The notes beneath the pieces are model-generated. The model did not search any database and had not been told where the DNA came from. It saw only the letters and a program-made list of their open reading frames with translations. Both the position numbers and the translations under genes were made by a program. Positions 31,080 through 42,890 of a DNA stretch of 64,000 nucleotides are shown here, piece by piece. The stretch's first letter is position 1. Every line of letters begins with the position of its first letter. Source of the stretch: an uncultured virus (IMG/VR IMGVR_UViG_3300036852_000709) (Duplodnaviria; Heunggongvirae; Uroviricota; Caudoviricetes); the IMG/VR virus record IMGVR_UViG_3300036852_000709. One strand, given 5' to 3'.

Positions 31080-32879
31080 ATGCCTCCTAGTGCAGCATTC
31101 TCTCTCAACGGTGGCGCGCCGGGCGCCAAACTCTCGATCGCGGCGGCAGGTACAGTCACCGCCGAGCTGGACGACCTCTCGGGCGTGCGTTACGTCGAGT
31201 GGGAGATTGTCTCCACCGACGAGACGACCGAGCCCGCAGACTACACGCTAAGCGTCACAGCGGGCGCGATCCCAGGTGCAGAGACCACCACATTCACGGC
31301 AGGCGCGGCGGGCACGGCAGGCATCCTTCGCGCGCGCATCAACAATGGGCGCGATCTGCAGACGGGCGAGACGGAGGAGGCGGCGACCACATCGACGGCG
31401 AAATGGTTTGTGCCGTCGTCTGGCTCCGCACTTGAGGTTGGCGCCGCTCGCGAGAACGACCAAAGCGATTCGACCTTCGGATGGACAGGCATCGTCAACT
31501 CGGCCATTCGCGCGACGGCTGCATTCGCAGGCGCGGACGCCGATCCGACACCTGACACGATCCTTCTTCGCGGGGCGAGCGGCGAAGCCAAAGCGGTCTG
31601 GTACACGGACGGCTCAGCGAACGTTGCGACAGTCGGTCTGATTCGCACGGCCAACAACTTCGTCGCCGTCGCTGCGAGGAACGCGGGCAACACCGCCGAC
31701 ATCACCGTTCTTTCGACGAACGCATCGAACCACATCGTCATTGGCGAAGCGACGGATTGCGTGCGCGTTGTTGCCAGCGTTGCAACCGGTGGTGTGTTCG
31801 AAGTCTTGGTCAACTCGGCGTCGGCAACCACCGTCGGCGCTGATATAACCATGACCTCGACGTCTGGGAAACTCAGGATTGGCGGCGTTGACGCGGTAAC
31901 TCTCGCGGGAGGCGGGCTCACGTATGCGAGCGATAGTGTCGCGGGCACGAACTACCGCACGGCCAGCGGCCAATTCCACACGTGGTACGTGGACAATGTT
32001 GCTGAGATGACTCTCGGCGCGGCCGGGCTCACGTTGCTGGATCCGGTCACGGCATTGTCATTTACGTCCACGACTGGTACGCCGGCAGGCACAGGGCTGC
32101 TGAGGTCTGAGAAGAACACAACCGCTGTTGCGTTTCGCAATGATGGGAATACCGCGGATATTCGCGCTGTGCGGATGGGTGCGACGAACCATTTGCTCTT
32201 CGGCGATTCATCCGAGGTGGTGAATACCGAACACCACGTCAAAGCGGCGGGCGAGCACCGGTTCTACGTGGACTCGACTCTTCGCGCGACTGTTGGCGCG
32301 GCTGGGATCGCCGTGCCTGGAGCGGGCGCCGCAGTAAGCGTTGCTGGCAACCCCGCCATCACTGAGGCCGGTGGTACTCTCGTTTTTGGTTCGACGACGG
32401 GATCCGAGGTCACGCTTGCTGGCGACGGCCCTTCGATTGTCCGCGCAGGCGGGAATTCGGTATCGTTGGAGACAGCATCTGGTGGCTTGATTTATGCGTT
32501 TATAAACGGTGTGGCACAGGTGACGATCGCGGCGGACGAAGTTGGGTTCCGCAACAACGTGTCCGTCGGCGCCGCCAATGGCTCCTACGGCAGCGCTGCA
32601 AAGGCGATGTTCATCGCAAACGGCACCGCTCCGTCATCCAATCCGACAGGCGGCGTAATCATCTACGCCGAGGCAGGAGCCGCTAAGGTCCGCGGGTCAG
32701 GCGGTACCATAACGACGTTTGGTCCGGCCGAGCCGCATTGTCCGAAGTGCAAAGATGACTTCGTTGTAGACTTCGAAAACGGGGACAAGCGCTTGTCAAT
32801 TTGCTTCCCGTGCCTGCTCGGCGCACTTGCCAAGTCAGGCATTCAAACAGACGAGTTTGCGTTCAGGCACAAGGTTTAA
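31080..32879 (+). CDS. Tail fibre / receptor-binding-like protein
   Basis: 599 aa, Ala/Gly/Thr-rich; internal repeat 'G(L)(I/L)R...N..AVA.RN.GNTADI'; C-terminal 'IAN...PSSNPTGG..IYAEAGA.K.RGSGGT.T' motif seen in phage fibres. Confidence 0.65.
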   Translation: MPPSAAFSLNGGAPGAKLSIAAAGTVTAELDDLSGVRYVEWEIVSTDETTEPADYTLSVTAGAIPGAETTTFTAGAAGTAGILRARINNGRDLQTGETEEAATTSTAKWFVPSSGSALEVGAARENDQSDSTFGWTGIVNSAIRATAAFAGADADPTPDTILLRGASGEAKAVWYTDGSANVATVGLIRTANNFVAVAARNAGNTADITVLSTNASNHIVIGEATDCVRVVASVATGGVFEVLVNSASATTVGADITMTSTSGKLRIGGVDAVTLAGGGLTYASDSVAGTNYRTASGQFHTWYVDNVAEMTLGAAGLTLLDPVTALSFTSTTGTPAGTGLLRSEKNTTAVAFRNDGNTADIRAVRMGATNHLLFGDSSEVVNTEHHVKAAGEHRFYVDSTLRATVGAAGIAVPGAGAAVSVAGNPAITEAGGTLVFGSTTGSEVTLAGDGPSIVRAGGNSVSLETASGGLIYAFINGVAQVTIAADEVGFRNNVSVGAANGSYGSAAKAMFIANGTAPSSNPTGGVIIYAEAGAAKVRGSGGTITTFGPAEPHCPKCKDDFVVDFENGDKRLSICFPCLLGALAKSGIQTDEFAFRHKV

Positions 32880-32883
32880 TAGA

Positions 32884-33192
32884 ATGAAGATATTGGTCAT
32901 TGCTTTGGTGGTTATGGCGGCAACATGCTCCACGCCACAGGCGGACGTCACCACAGCCACCAAAGATTTCATAGGCCCCGCTCCGTACACCTGCCCCGCC
33001 CCGTTCGCTGAGCCGTGCATAGTGCCATCGCACTGCGTGGCCAAGTATGGGCCTGCAAAGGAGTGCCACACGTGGGCGTGCGGCGAACTCCACTATGAGC
33101 AGGGCGACCTGTGTTGTATGCAGCTCGCCATGACGTCCGTGCCGTGTCTTGACGGAACGTGCATCGATGGCGTATGTGCGAAGTCGAATTAA
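32884..33192 (+). CDS. Cys-rich secreted protein or lipoprotein
   Basis: Signal peptide ending in Cys; C-terminal 'C.DGTCIDGVC'. Confidence 0.7.
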   Translation: MKILVIALVVMAATCSTPQADVTTATKDFIGPAPYTCPAPFAEPCIVPSHCVAKYGPAKECHTWACGELHYEQGDLCCMQLAMTSVPCLDGTCIDGVCAKSN

Positions 33193-33212
33193 TTACACCC
33201 CACGGAGGTCCG

Positions 33213-33803
33213 ATGAGAAGCGTATTGTTCATCGTTGCAATGATTACGTCGTCATGTTCTCCGCAGCGCAGAGACTATGCTCGCGCCCATGTCGAGCCGA
33301 TTGTGTTTCCGGCGGCGCCCATTGTTCTCGCGGAGGCCAGCCAAGACAACTGTCCCACGCCCTCCGATCCTGACCCGTACGAGATGTGCATCATGCGCGA
33401 CTGCGAACTACACGCATGCCAGATGGCATGGGCCGCGCCTGAGATCTCGCACAGGTGTGGGCTAACGTGTCTTGATGATTGGTTGGAGCACGCGCATTGC
33501 CCGGTAGTTGGCGGTAAGGTGACGGCGTTCAAGATCTGCGGTGGACAGGCTCCGCCGCTCGACGCGTGCATGGTGTTTGGTCCTCCACTAGGGTCGTCTG
33601 CGTCGAAAGCCTATTGCTGCACGGACGATGCTAGCCCGCTGGCCGTTGACTGCACTGTGGACAACGACTGCCCATCGTGGGGCACGTGCCAGTTTGGAGT
33701 ATGCGATAGCGGACGGTGCGAGGTGCGATTCGAGTCAGATGGCGAATCGTGCAACGCCGATTCGGTGTGTTTCGACGGGGCGTGTCAGCCGCTGCCCGAG
33801 TAG
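33213..33803 (+). CDS. Cys-rich secreted protein or lipoprotein
   Basis: GGAGG RBS; signal peptide with Cys; 'CTVDNDC....C..G.C..G.C....DG..C....C.DG.C'. Confidence 0.75.
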   Translation: MRSVLFIVAMITSSCSPQRRDYARAHVEPIVFPAAPIVLAEASQDNCPTPSDPDPYEMCIMRDCELHACQMAWAAPEISHRCGLTCLDDWLEHAHCPVVGGKVTAFKICGGQAPPLDACMVFGPPLGSSASKAYCCTDDASPLAVDCTVDNDCPSWGTCQFGVCDSGRCEVRFESDGESCNADSVCFDGACQPLPE

Positions 33804-36800
33804 TATTGGTTGTGCGGCGATAGCGCGCGCAAGGTGGACGCGGGCGAGTGGCGACGAGAGGCGCATGGCTTGCGCTACAAGGCGCAATCGGTGCACTACG
33901 CGAGGCGAGATCTGGCGAAGATACCTATCTTTCTTGGGCACGACCGCTAGCCATGCGGCAACCGTGCCATGCTACTGGCCTTGGTCGATGTCCGTTAGCG
34001 CCGCGCACAAGATCTCTGCGAGGTGGACCGGTGCTTGATCCCTCGCAAGCTGCGAATTGTGGTAGAATCCAAGCGTTCCGCACCGTCCATCGTAAGAGCC
34101 GCGCGTCCAGGCGTACCAGTCAGCTCGCCACCCAACGGCGGCGGGCTCTATTGATATTCCGAATGCCCCGGCTCGCGCACGCCAGATCCGGCCAGGGTTC
34201 TCTCGGTCCTCAATCCACTCGATGGTCATGACGGCACATGGGTCAGGAATGCTTGAATCACTTCGCGCAGTCCGTAGGCTTTGACCACATTGACGTGCAG
34301 CGTCGACGGTAGCCGGTCGCACAAGTACCGGCGAACAAGCGTGCATTCATCCGGTGTAAATGGCGGAAGTCCACACACAGTAACAGCGCCCGAGGGCGGA
34401 CCGGCTATCGCCAAGATCTGTCCACGGTACATCGGCAATGGCTCGCGAGCCATGCTCGCGACGTATTGTTCGCTTAGGACATCCGGCTCGATCATGTCCG
34501 TGCTCCGTTGGCCATCCATTCCGCGGCGCGGATCACTGCGTCGCATGTTTCGCTGTTCCCACACGCAGCCGAGGCAAGGTACAATTGAGACGCGGCGCAT
34601 GAGCGAGCAAGGCTTCCGTTCTCGACCCTGTTTCGGATCTCGTCCAGATCTCGAGCAACAGCGTGGTCGCTGTAGTAAGCAAGGTTAATGGCGTACTGCA
34701 GCGGAGTCACGTCGTCGAACGCGTCTGGCTTCGGCTTCACCGATTTCACTTGTCCCTCGCGTACCGCTCGTCGATTTCGTGGATCTTGTCGAGCAATGTT
34801 CGCAGACGCTCAATCTCGATAATCAGCGCCTCGACGTCCTTCTGGTCGTCGTCGATGGCACCAACCGGAGAGGTGAGCCCCCATCGTATCCTAAACTTGT
34901 CCAGGTTCATGGCGCGACATTCCCGAGCGAGTCGTCGATCGCGTCCACCCATTGACGGAGTATCGCTAGAGCCTCGGCTTTGGCCGCTTCGAGGTCCTTC
35001 GCTCGGAGAACGTGTTGGCAGTGCGTCGCTGGCTGAGACGACAGGAGCCACGTCTCAGGCGGGTGGTGGATGTGATGATGCACGGTGACGCGGAGCCCGT
35101 GCCCCAACACCATGTTGGACTCCGCGCGGTCGTCAATCCACACGCCCGTCTTTGGCTTCGACGTTGGGACACCTGGCTGCCTACTTCGTCTCATCGTCGT
35201 CCCCTCCTCTGTAGGCTCGCCAACTGCGCAGCAAATCGTTGTGGGCAGACCACGCAGCGACTGTCGCTGGACTACGCCGATCGGCGATCCATCGCTGAAA
35301 CAATGCCGCAAGTGCCAGTTTAACGCTCGGCGTATTCTCCTCGTCAAGCCACATCATCCAGTCGTTCTCGATGTCCCACCAGAAGTTTGTGCGCGACAGC
35401 GCATCGTCAAGGCCGGCGCGCTCCTTAAGCTGGTGGCTGCGATCGCGAATCATCGGGATCAGTCGGAACAACTCCTCGCGATCATCAGGCTTGCAGAACA
35501 GGATCAGCGCCCGCCCGTCCTTAGCACGCATGTCCATCGTCCACGTTGCGTAATCGGAGAGCGACGCGACGATGCGCCTGAGTGACTTCGGCAAGCCGCC
35601 GAACTCAAACTCGGACGAGCCCATGTAGTCGAACGAGAGCAGCGAGTCGATGCCTGTAATGTCGGCGTCGCTGGCGATGTCCTTGAACGAACCGCGATGG
35701 ATGAGATATGGTCGAGTGGAAAGCATTGGATCTCCTGAACTGAATGTAATCACGTGCGGCGCGGTGTCTATCGGTCCGCCACGACTAAATCGGGCGCAAC
35801 TCGGCCGGCGCCCATATGGCAATCCTAGACATGGCCCGAGCCTCGAGTTGTCGCGCGCGCCGCGCCTCCGCTTCAGTGCTTGCAATGTGCCGCGACATCA
35901 GGTCCTCGAAAGACGGTGTGCCTCGAACGTAATCCGCCTGGTCACCGCGACGGATGGTGATGGTTTCGAACCGCGGCCCAATGCTCATCGCGGACAGCCG
36001 CACATCGAAGAAGAGTTCATCGATCGCGCCCGAACGCAGACGCTCGAGCAGCGCTTCACTCGCCTCGGCGCGACCACGCGCAAAATCTCGAAGCAACTCC
36101 AGCGTCACGGTGGAGTGTTCGACGGGCAGATGCCGACGCCCAGGACACTCGCCAACGATCCACCCTGTACCGGGGCGTCCTCGTCGTGGCACGGATCGAA
36201 GATGTAGATCTCGAGCGCGCCGAGTTGGACATCGCCAAGATGTGCAATGACGATGTTCACGTTATCGTCCCTGGACATAACCGTTTGGCGGGTGGTGGTC
36301 CTCGCGGTTTAGTCGCGTGGTTTCCTCCCCAAAACAGCCGTCCACGTGGACGGCCTCCGGTTTGCCGCAGTTCCAACATAGAGCCCTGGGGGAGGGGTAT
36401 GCCAGCGTCGCCGTCCACCCACGCTCGAGCGCCCATGCGGCCCGGCCCCCGGGATGCGCCGCGGAGTCGTTCTCCCGCTCGTGCTCGGCGACGATCTCCA
36501 GAGCCTCGTCCTCAGAGTCAGCGTCAACGGCGCAGTCGCCGCCATCGCTCTGCGTGTCGACGTCGTACAGGCGGCCAGCGTGGAGCGCCGCCTCGGCATC
36601 AGTTAGCGACAGCCCAGATCGCACGGCCCGCGCGATAATTGAGTCGATATCCATCATCAACACCTCCTGACACCTCAAGCCGGGGGCTCACGGCCTACCC
36701 GGCTGGTGCACACCCCCGCGTGCTCGGGGACAACTGCGACGCTATGCCGATGCCTGCTCCTCGCGCTTCGGCCACGCGCTCGCGTCCGCGCAGAACGCGT

Positions 36801-36912
36801 CCCACCCTTCGTGCGAGAGCCACCCGCGCAGGCTGAGCTGCGCGCAGAGCTCGCGCCGGAGCATCTCGGTGGTCTCGTCCTGACCCGCGTGGTCGCTGTG
36901 TCTCGTCTTCAT
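33735..36912 (-). CDS. Operon of small hypothetical genes, including 35181-35726 (FDYMGSSEFEFG motif)
   Basis: Contiguous - strand ORFs downstream of the triple operator. Confidence 0.5.
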
Positions 36913-36992
36913 GCCAGAGAGCTATTGCGAGGACCGTGCCGAGGATGTCCTACCAGATAATGGCCACGAGCCGGCCGATGTACTCAGTGTGG

Positions 36993-37118
36993 TACGACAT
37001 GGTTGTCATATGTACTGATAATCTGGCCGAATTCTGTATGACATGGTTGTCATAGTAAACCGTCGGTGGCCGTAGCGTCGCGAGATCATTCAGGTCAGGG
37101 TATGACACGGGTGTCATA
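36993..37118. promoter_or_regulatory. Three palindromic operators TATGACA-N4-TGTCATA
   Basis: 36993-37010 (one mismatch), 37037-37054, 37101-37118; adjacent to an HTH gene. Confidence 0.8.
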
Positions 37119-37362
37119 CCCTCTCCACCCTCACCCCCCGCGGATCGATGACGAGGCGCAGGCCAAGGGTGTCAACGACGGTTTTGAGCCTCGATAACTG
37201 GGGGTCGTGCGATCCGTCGAGCAACCTCCTTCCAGTGCGGTTTCGAGTCGACGGTGAACCGTCTGGCAGGAGCGCTTTGCCCAAATCCTGAACGTCTATA
37301 CCTAGTTTGCGTAGTTCCAAGGCGAGGTCTCGTGCGACGCTGAGCGGGTCGATAGTAGCCAT
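37114..37362 (-). CDS. XRE-type helix-turn-helix regulator
   Basis: 'RRLLDGSHDPQLSRLKTVVDTLG'; its stop codon lies inside operator 3. Confidence 0.7.
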   Translation of the reverse strand: MATIDPLSVARDLALELRKLGIDVQDLGKALLPDGSPSTRNRTGRRLLDGSHDPQLSRLKTVVDTLGLRLVIDPRGVRVERV

Positions 37363-37430
37363 GCCTCGTCACCATACACATCCAACGCCAGTTGGACAAG
37401 CGTGGCATGGGTGGTGCATAGGGAATTGGC

Positions 37431-40226
37431 ATGAGCAAGTCGATGTGGGTACGCGTGGCCAAGGGCGCTGTCGTTCGCTGTGAGATGTGCGACTGCCAGA
37501 TTCGATCGAAATACTACGCCGCGTCGCACGGCGACTTCTGCTCCGTTCGGTGTGCGTCATCGTTGCTCGAGCAGACCGTCTCGGAGCGCAAGCGCGACGG
37601 CGGAAATCTCGCCGGGATCTTTCGAGTGTATGACCGTGGCCACGAGCACATCGCGTACGTAAATTCGTTGGACGAAGGTAAGTTGATTCGTGGGGCGTAC
37701 TACATCGCGGCCGATGCTGGCTTGGGACCGGTCGCGGCGGTTAGGGCCAGCGGCAACAAGTGGGATTTCTGAACGGCCAAGCGCAGAGGATTGATGCATG
37801 ACGAGTACATCCCCGCGTCGCTGTAGGTTATTTACTGGCGCGCAACGTGCAATGAGGTTAGCCATGACAACGACAGTCGATGCCATCCGGAATATTAAGC
37901 GCGCCCTTAAAGCAGGGCATATCCTTCATGCAAAGGACACCGACGATTGCGCGATCACGGCCGGGCTCGTGGCCGTTCCTGGCAGCGATGTCAGGTGGAT
38001 GATCATGAGGTGGGTGCCGCTGGCTCGTGATGTTCAGGAGGACGACTGTGGTTCGCTGGAAGGGGTGGCCCGTGTCTTGTGTAGGACATACCTCGGCGCC
38101 TACGTTGCGAATCGCGCTGCTTTGAGGGCACTGGGCGAGGATGTCGTTGAGTGACAGAGCGCTCGCGCGCCCAACGTGGCCCGCCTCATGCACTTAGGAT
38201 CTCCCACGACCAAGCAACTATCGACGACCGACTCTCACGGCAAGACGCTCGGCCAGGCTCGCGAGATCTGCCGGTCTATCGTTGCGAGGCTTGAGCGCGA
38301 CGGGCTCGCGCTGTTTTACAGCGGTGTCGTTTTCGACGTGTACGAGTTCCGGCGTGTGTACGGCATCACGCTCGACGGCAAGACAATCCTGGCGCTGAAG
38401 TAGGCACGCCTTCTGCATTCCAAATCAAGTGCGCCCGCGGTGCTGGTAACACCCGGGCGCTTGGTCAACACCAGTACGAGTGGAGTCGACATGAACAGCG
38501 TATCCGTTTCAACGACATCGATCAAGCACGCAGACGTCGCGACCGCGTTGCCTGAGCACCTTCTTTCGCTCGTCGTGATCCTCACAGACCAACGCGGTCA
38601 GGTCCGTGTCGAGGCGCAGTGCTCGCGTATCCTCGACGCTCAGGTCCTTGCGCTCGAGGTTCGCGAGCGCCTCACGCTCCTCGGTTGGGACTGCGACCTA
38701 GGAGGGGTAGCGGACACCGCAGTCATCCTGTACGCTGCGCCCGTGGCGGTGGTCCAAGCGGTGGCAGCGTGAAACTCGATCCCGAGATCGTGAGGCAGTA
38801 CCTGCGGGCGAAAGGGTGGAAGGATTCGCCTCATGTTCCAGGCGCCATGTGCCACGACGTGGACGGGTACCTGACCGTCGCGTTGCCACCGTTCGCAATG
38901 GTGGACTTCGCCAGCATTGCTGGCGTTGAGGATCGGACAGTTGAGGAGGTGGTTGCCTCAATCGCGCTGTGCGCAGCGGCCAACAACGTGATGAAAGTTT
39001 CGGCCGCATATCGCGCGGACGGCAATCGCATGGGCGGGTTGGGCGCGTGGCCGTCGGACGAGGCGACAGCGAGGTACCACCAGGCCAACGCGGTGTTGTG
39101 CGCCGCAAGCGATCTCCTTCGCCTTGCCGGCGTGGACCCCATTGCATTCGCGCAGGTGGCGTTATGACCTCAATGTACTTTGACGCAGAAGGCAAGCAAC
39201 TGCGCGCATTGCCCGCAAAGTGGATTCACCTGTCTGGCCGGTTCAAGCCTGGTGATAAGATTCGTTTTCTAAAGACACGCAACGTATTCGTAGGCAAGGG
39301 GAAGGCGAGTCAGCCAATAAACCAGGCCGAGTGGCGCGACATGAAGGGCGAAATCGGCGTGGTTGTCAAGGTCAACGATGGACATCGTGTGTGGCCAAAC
39401 CAATGGTACCACGCGGAATCTGAATGCTGGATGACCGATTCGGCCGGTTGGCTCACGGTGCGGTTTCCGTTCGATTTGTATGGTCTCGAGGATGACGGTG
39501 TGACGCCGAAGCCGAGGGCGTGTCGGGCGGAGGATGAGAGCCGCGAGTGGGAGTTTGTGAAATGAACGCAATCCGACCATACAGCGCGGACATGCTGAGC
39601 GCCGCGTTCAAGCGCCATGGTGATGCGGAGTTCGTTCTCAGCGCGAAGGATCTGAAACAGACGACTATACGCGTTGTGGCTGACAACCACCTGCCGCGCA
39701 CCGTTAAGTACCTTCTCAACCTTATGGCGAGCGACGCGCTGGTTGAGGATCATTGCGCGATCCTAGGCGTCGCTCTCGCCGCGGACTATCCGCATTCAGG
39801 CATCCCAGCGAAGGCATGGGAGGAAATCTGTCGGGCGTGGATTGGGGGTGCACCATGACTACGCAGCCGATTGGATTGCATGTCGATCATGGCGCGGACT
39901 TCGGATGCTACGCGCCAGATGCCGTGGGCAGCGTGATCCCGAGTGACGGCGGCCTTGGGCTTCGTTACAAACTCCTTCAGATGCGTCTGCGCGAGATGTC
40001 CGCTGCCGCTTCCAGCGACGGACTCAAGGGCACGGCGGAGACAATCGAGTGGGTCATTGACCGCGTGGATCACCGAGCGCCGAGGGCAGATATCCTGCGG
40101 TGCTTGCTCGACGTATGCAGCGCCAACCATGGGATCGCCCGGCGCATCCCCGCCGAAGAGCCACGCATGCGAGCGTCTGTCACGACGCTACTCGACGTGT
40201 GCAGAATGATCCGCGAGAAGTATTAG
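37431..40226 (+). CDS. Operon of about eight small hypothetical genes divergent from the HTH gene
   Basis: 37431-37772, 37864-38154, 38176-38403, 38470-38772, 38769-39167, 39164-39565, 39562-39858, 39855-40226; several with overlapping stop/start. Confidence 0.6.
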
Positions 40227-40227
40227 T

Positions 40228-40701
40228 CTACCATCGCCCGAATTCCTCGCGGAGCACGCGGGCAAGATCTAGAACAGCGCCCTTTCTAATGCCGAGTTCC
40301 TCGATCGGGACGTACGGGTCCTCTCCGTTCAGAATGCTTCGCGCGTACTCTCGCTCCCGCTCGCGATCCTCTTCCAGCGTGGCGTGCCACATGTGTCGCG
40401 GGCCGGCGTATTCGTGTACCAGCGCAGCCTCCGCGAGGACCTCGTACGCATGTCTCGCGCATTGGTCGATGAGCCAATCGCTCGGCTGTGCGACCTCGCC
40501 TGAGCCGAGATATGTGGCGCCGTCCGCCTCTGCGCTGAACCCACACACGAGCCAGCCGTCGTCACACTCCACATCGTAGAAAGCACCGTCCTCTGGACAG
40601 AACTCGCACGGATGAACCGCGGCGACGCGAAACGGCCGGCATCCCCACATGACGCCCCACCACTGCCCAACCTCTAGCCTTTCTGGCTTCGGTAATATCA
40701 C
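40228..40701 (-). CDS. Hypothetical protein, paralogue of 26416-26787
   Basis: 'LPKPERLEVGQWW...YLGSG....PSDWLI...ARHAYE'. Confidence 0.65.
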   Translation of the reverse strand: MILPKPERLEVGQWWGVMWGCRPFRVAAVHPCEFCPEDGAFYDVECDDGWLVCGFSAEADGATYLGSGEVAQPSDWLIDQCARHAYEVLAEAALVHEYAGPRHMWHATLEEDREREREYARSILNGEDPYVPIEELGIRKGAVLDLARVLREEFGRW

Positions 40702-41471
40702 GTGGACCCCAACCATTCTGGGACGTCGATAACCTCTGCGCCGTCTAGCAGACGACCGGCGGATATGGCGCCAACTTTGATCCAATGCATATCTCCATCT
40801 CTGCGAACTACCTCGGAGATTCGAGCGTCTGACGGAAGTGTGGCGATCGCATCAGGCGATCCTTGGTTGTGCGGCATCCACTCGCCCCACCCAGCGAACG
40901 CCACCGGAACGCCAACCGATCGGCACTGCCCGACGATGCTGCGCACCCAGGCCGGGTGGAGAGGCCATGGCTCGACGACGCGCGCACACGTGGCCTCGTG
41001 CATGGGCTTCTCGTGAAGGCAGATAGTGCACTCGCCTCCGCGCACCGCCGGCCGAAGACCCGTGGACGTGTCGATGTTGCTCTTTGGCGGCGGGACGATG
41101 ACCACGATGCCGATGAGCGGGTTGTCCCTGCGTCCAGATCGTCCGATCGCCAGCGACACACCGACATCTAGAGGCTCGGACGGGCACAGGACAAGCGCTC
41201 TATGTTCAGCGCGCACAGCATCAAGATTCAGGAGACCAGAGATGCCATCTTGCCGCTCGGCATAGAGCGCAGGAATTACACGCGGGTGCAGCGGCCCTCG
41301 GATGTTCCACGCGTCGGGCACGACGAACCACATGCCACGGACGAGAGCCTCGGCCACGGCGACCGTTTGCTCAACCGGCGTTGCCCCTCGCCGTGGTATG
41401 CACACCACAACGCGAGCTTCTGGCATTGGCTCCGTGTCGCGATCCCAGATGGCATACGTCTGCAGCGTCAT
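40698..41471 (-). CDS. Divergent phage Gp37/Gp68 (DUF5131)-like protein lacking the N-terminal Cys motif
   Basis: 'PLHPAWVRSI..QC...GVP..F..WGEW...KVG...AGRLLDG'. Confidence 0.65.
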   Translation of the reverse strand: MTLQTYAIWDRDTEPMPEARVVVCIPRRGATPVEQTVAVAEALVRGMWFVVPDAWNIRGPLHPRVIPALYAERQDGISGLLNLDAVRAEHRALVLCPSEPLDVGVSLAIGRSGRRDNPLIGIVVIVPPPKSNIDTSTGLRPAVRGGECTICLHEKPMHEATCARVVEPWPLHPAWVRSIVGQCRSVGVPVAFAGWGEWMPHNQGSPDAIATLPSDARISEVVRRDGDMHWIKVGAISAGRLLDGAEVIDVPEWLGST

Positions 41472-41656
41472 CTCTTACACCACTCGCTCGAGCGCTGCGC
41501 GTAGATTGGCATTCTCCGCGAGCAGCAACCGCGTCACCTTCGCCAGCGCGGGCGCGTCGCGATGCACAATCATCGTCACCGGCAGCATTGAGCCGGGCCT
41601 CGCGGCATCTTCGATGAGCGCGCAAAGGCGCTCCGCCGCTGTGATCTCGTCGCTGG

Positions 41657-42223
41657 TCATGTGTCCTCCCAATACGTAGCCTTGTCGCGCCACATCGGCC
41701 GACGCTCGTTCAGCCACGCGATGCACTGCGCGTCGAGCCGCTCGTGGACCTTGTATGATGTGTCATCATCCGCAATGAAGACCGGCGCGGTTTCGAATAG
41801 CACCGTTCCGTCTGCGTCAGTCACGCGCCCAACCTGCGGGGCGCCGCGGGGGCTGCCGTAGGATGAGTGGGAATACCGCTGCCGCGCGCTCATATTCGCC
41901 CGCCGGTCATAGAACGCGGCCTTGTAGAAGATCTCCGCTCTGACGCGATCGCTGTCGTCCAGCAGCGATGAGTGCATGGCATGGCCCTCCGCGCGCTTTC
42001 GCCATCCACGCGGTAATTCAATGCGCACAAACAGCGGATCGTCCTGCACTGGGCCGAGGATTTTCACGCCCCACGACTCGAGCAACGCCCTGTCGTTGCC
42101 CATGTCGGCCGGCAACGTCTCATCGTGCACGAGGTCAATTTGCCCCACGCGCTCACTGACCTCGATACCACCCGGTAGTAGCGCCAGCATCATATCGAAC
42201 TCGCCCACCTGTTTGCCCATCAT
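41657..42223 (-). CDS. Phage hypothetical protein
   Basis: 'LP.GW.K....H.MHS.LLD...RA.IFYKAAFYDR.A'; preceded by promoter TTGTCA-N16-TATGGT (42227-42254). Confidence 0.65.
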   Translation of the reverse strand: MMGKQVGEFDMMLALLPGGIEVSERVGQIDLVHDETLPADMGNDRALLESWGVKILGPVQDDPLFVRIELPRGWRKRAEGHAMHSSLLDDSDRVRAEIFYKAAFYDRRANMSARQRYSHSSYGSPRGAPQVGRVTDADGTVLFETAPVFIADDDTSYKVHERLDAQCIAWLNERRPMWRDKATYWEDT

Positions 42224-42247
42224 CCCACCATAACCACAATATTAACG

Positions 42248-42700
42248 GTGACAATGGCTCCTCTGTTTTCGCAAGTGGTTCAACAGATGCAGCAGTCCGA
42301 GGGGTACTTCGTCCCAGGCGCGATCGTCGCCGCGGTGGCCGCCGTGATTACCGTCCTCGGCGGGGTCATAGGTTGGCTCGCCAGGAACAGTTCAGCACGC
42401 GAGGACAAGCATTCGACCGAGCGCACAGCACGCGAAGACAAGCACGCCGCTGAGCGCGCCTCGATCGGTGACGCTTGCGCGAGGGAACGCGCTGAGTTAC
42501 TAAATAGGGCGAACAAAGATCGGGAGGCGGATCGCACATCATTCGACGAAGAGCGCAGGGAATCAAGGGCAGCGCTCACTGAGCTGGCCACCGCAACCAT
42601 GAGAGCAACGGAGCTATCGACCACGTTGGTCAACAAGCCAGACATAACGCCGCCGTCGAGGACGTCCGGTGAACTCCGGAAAGCGAAGGTGCCGCGATGA
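42248..42700 (+). CDS. Single-TM coiled-coil protein (holin-like, tentative)
   Basis: One N-terminal TM helix, then a charged coiled coil with an 11-aa repeat (AREDKH..ER). Confidence 0.45.
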   Translation: MTMAPLFSQVVQQMQQSEGYFVPGAIVAAVAAVITVLGGVIGWLARNSSAREDKHSTERTAREDKHAAERASIGDACARERAELLNRANKDREADRTSFDEERRESRAALTELATATMRATELSTTLVNKPDITPPSRTSGELRKAKVPR

Positions 42701-42890
42701 GTGAGGACAAATTCTATTCGAATATCATGCAAGTCGCTGCGAAGTCCAACGAGCATCTCGACGCGGCTGAACAGAAGGCGAAGTCCAAACGTCCGCCCCC
42801 CGCTGCGACGGCTTCCGCCACCGCGCCATCGCCCGACGATGACACGGCCGCGCAGGACAACTCCTCGTCGCCATCCACGGAGCCTCCGCA

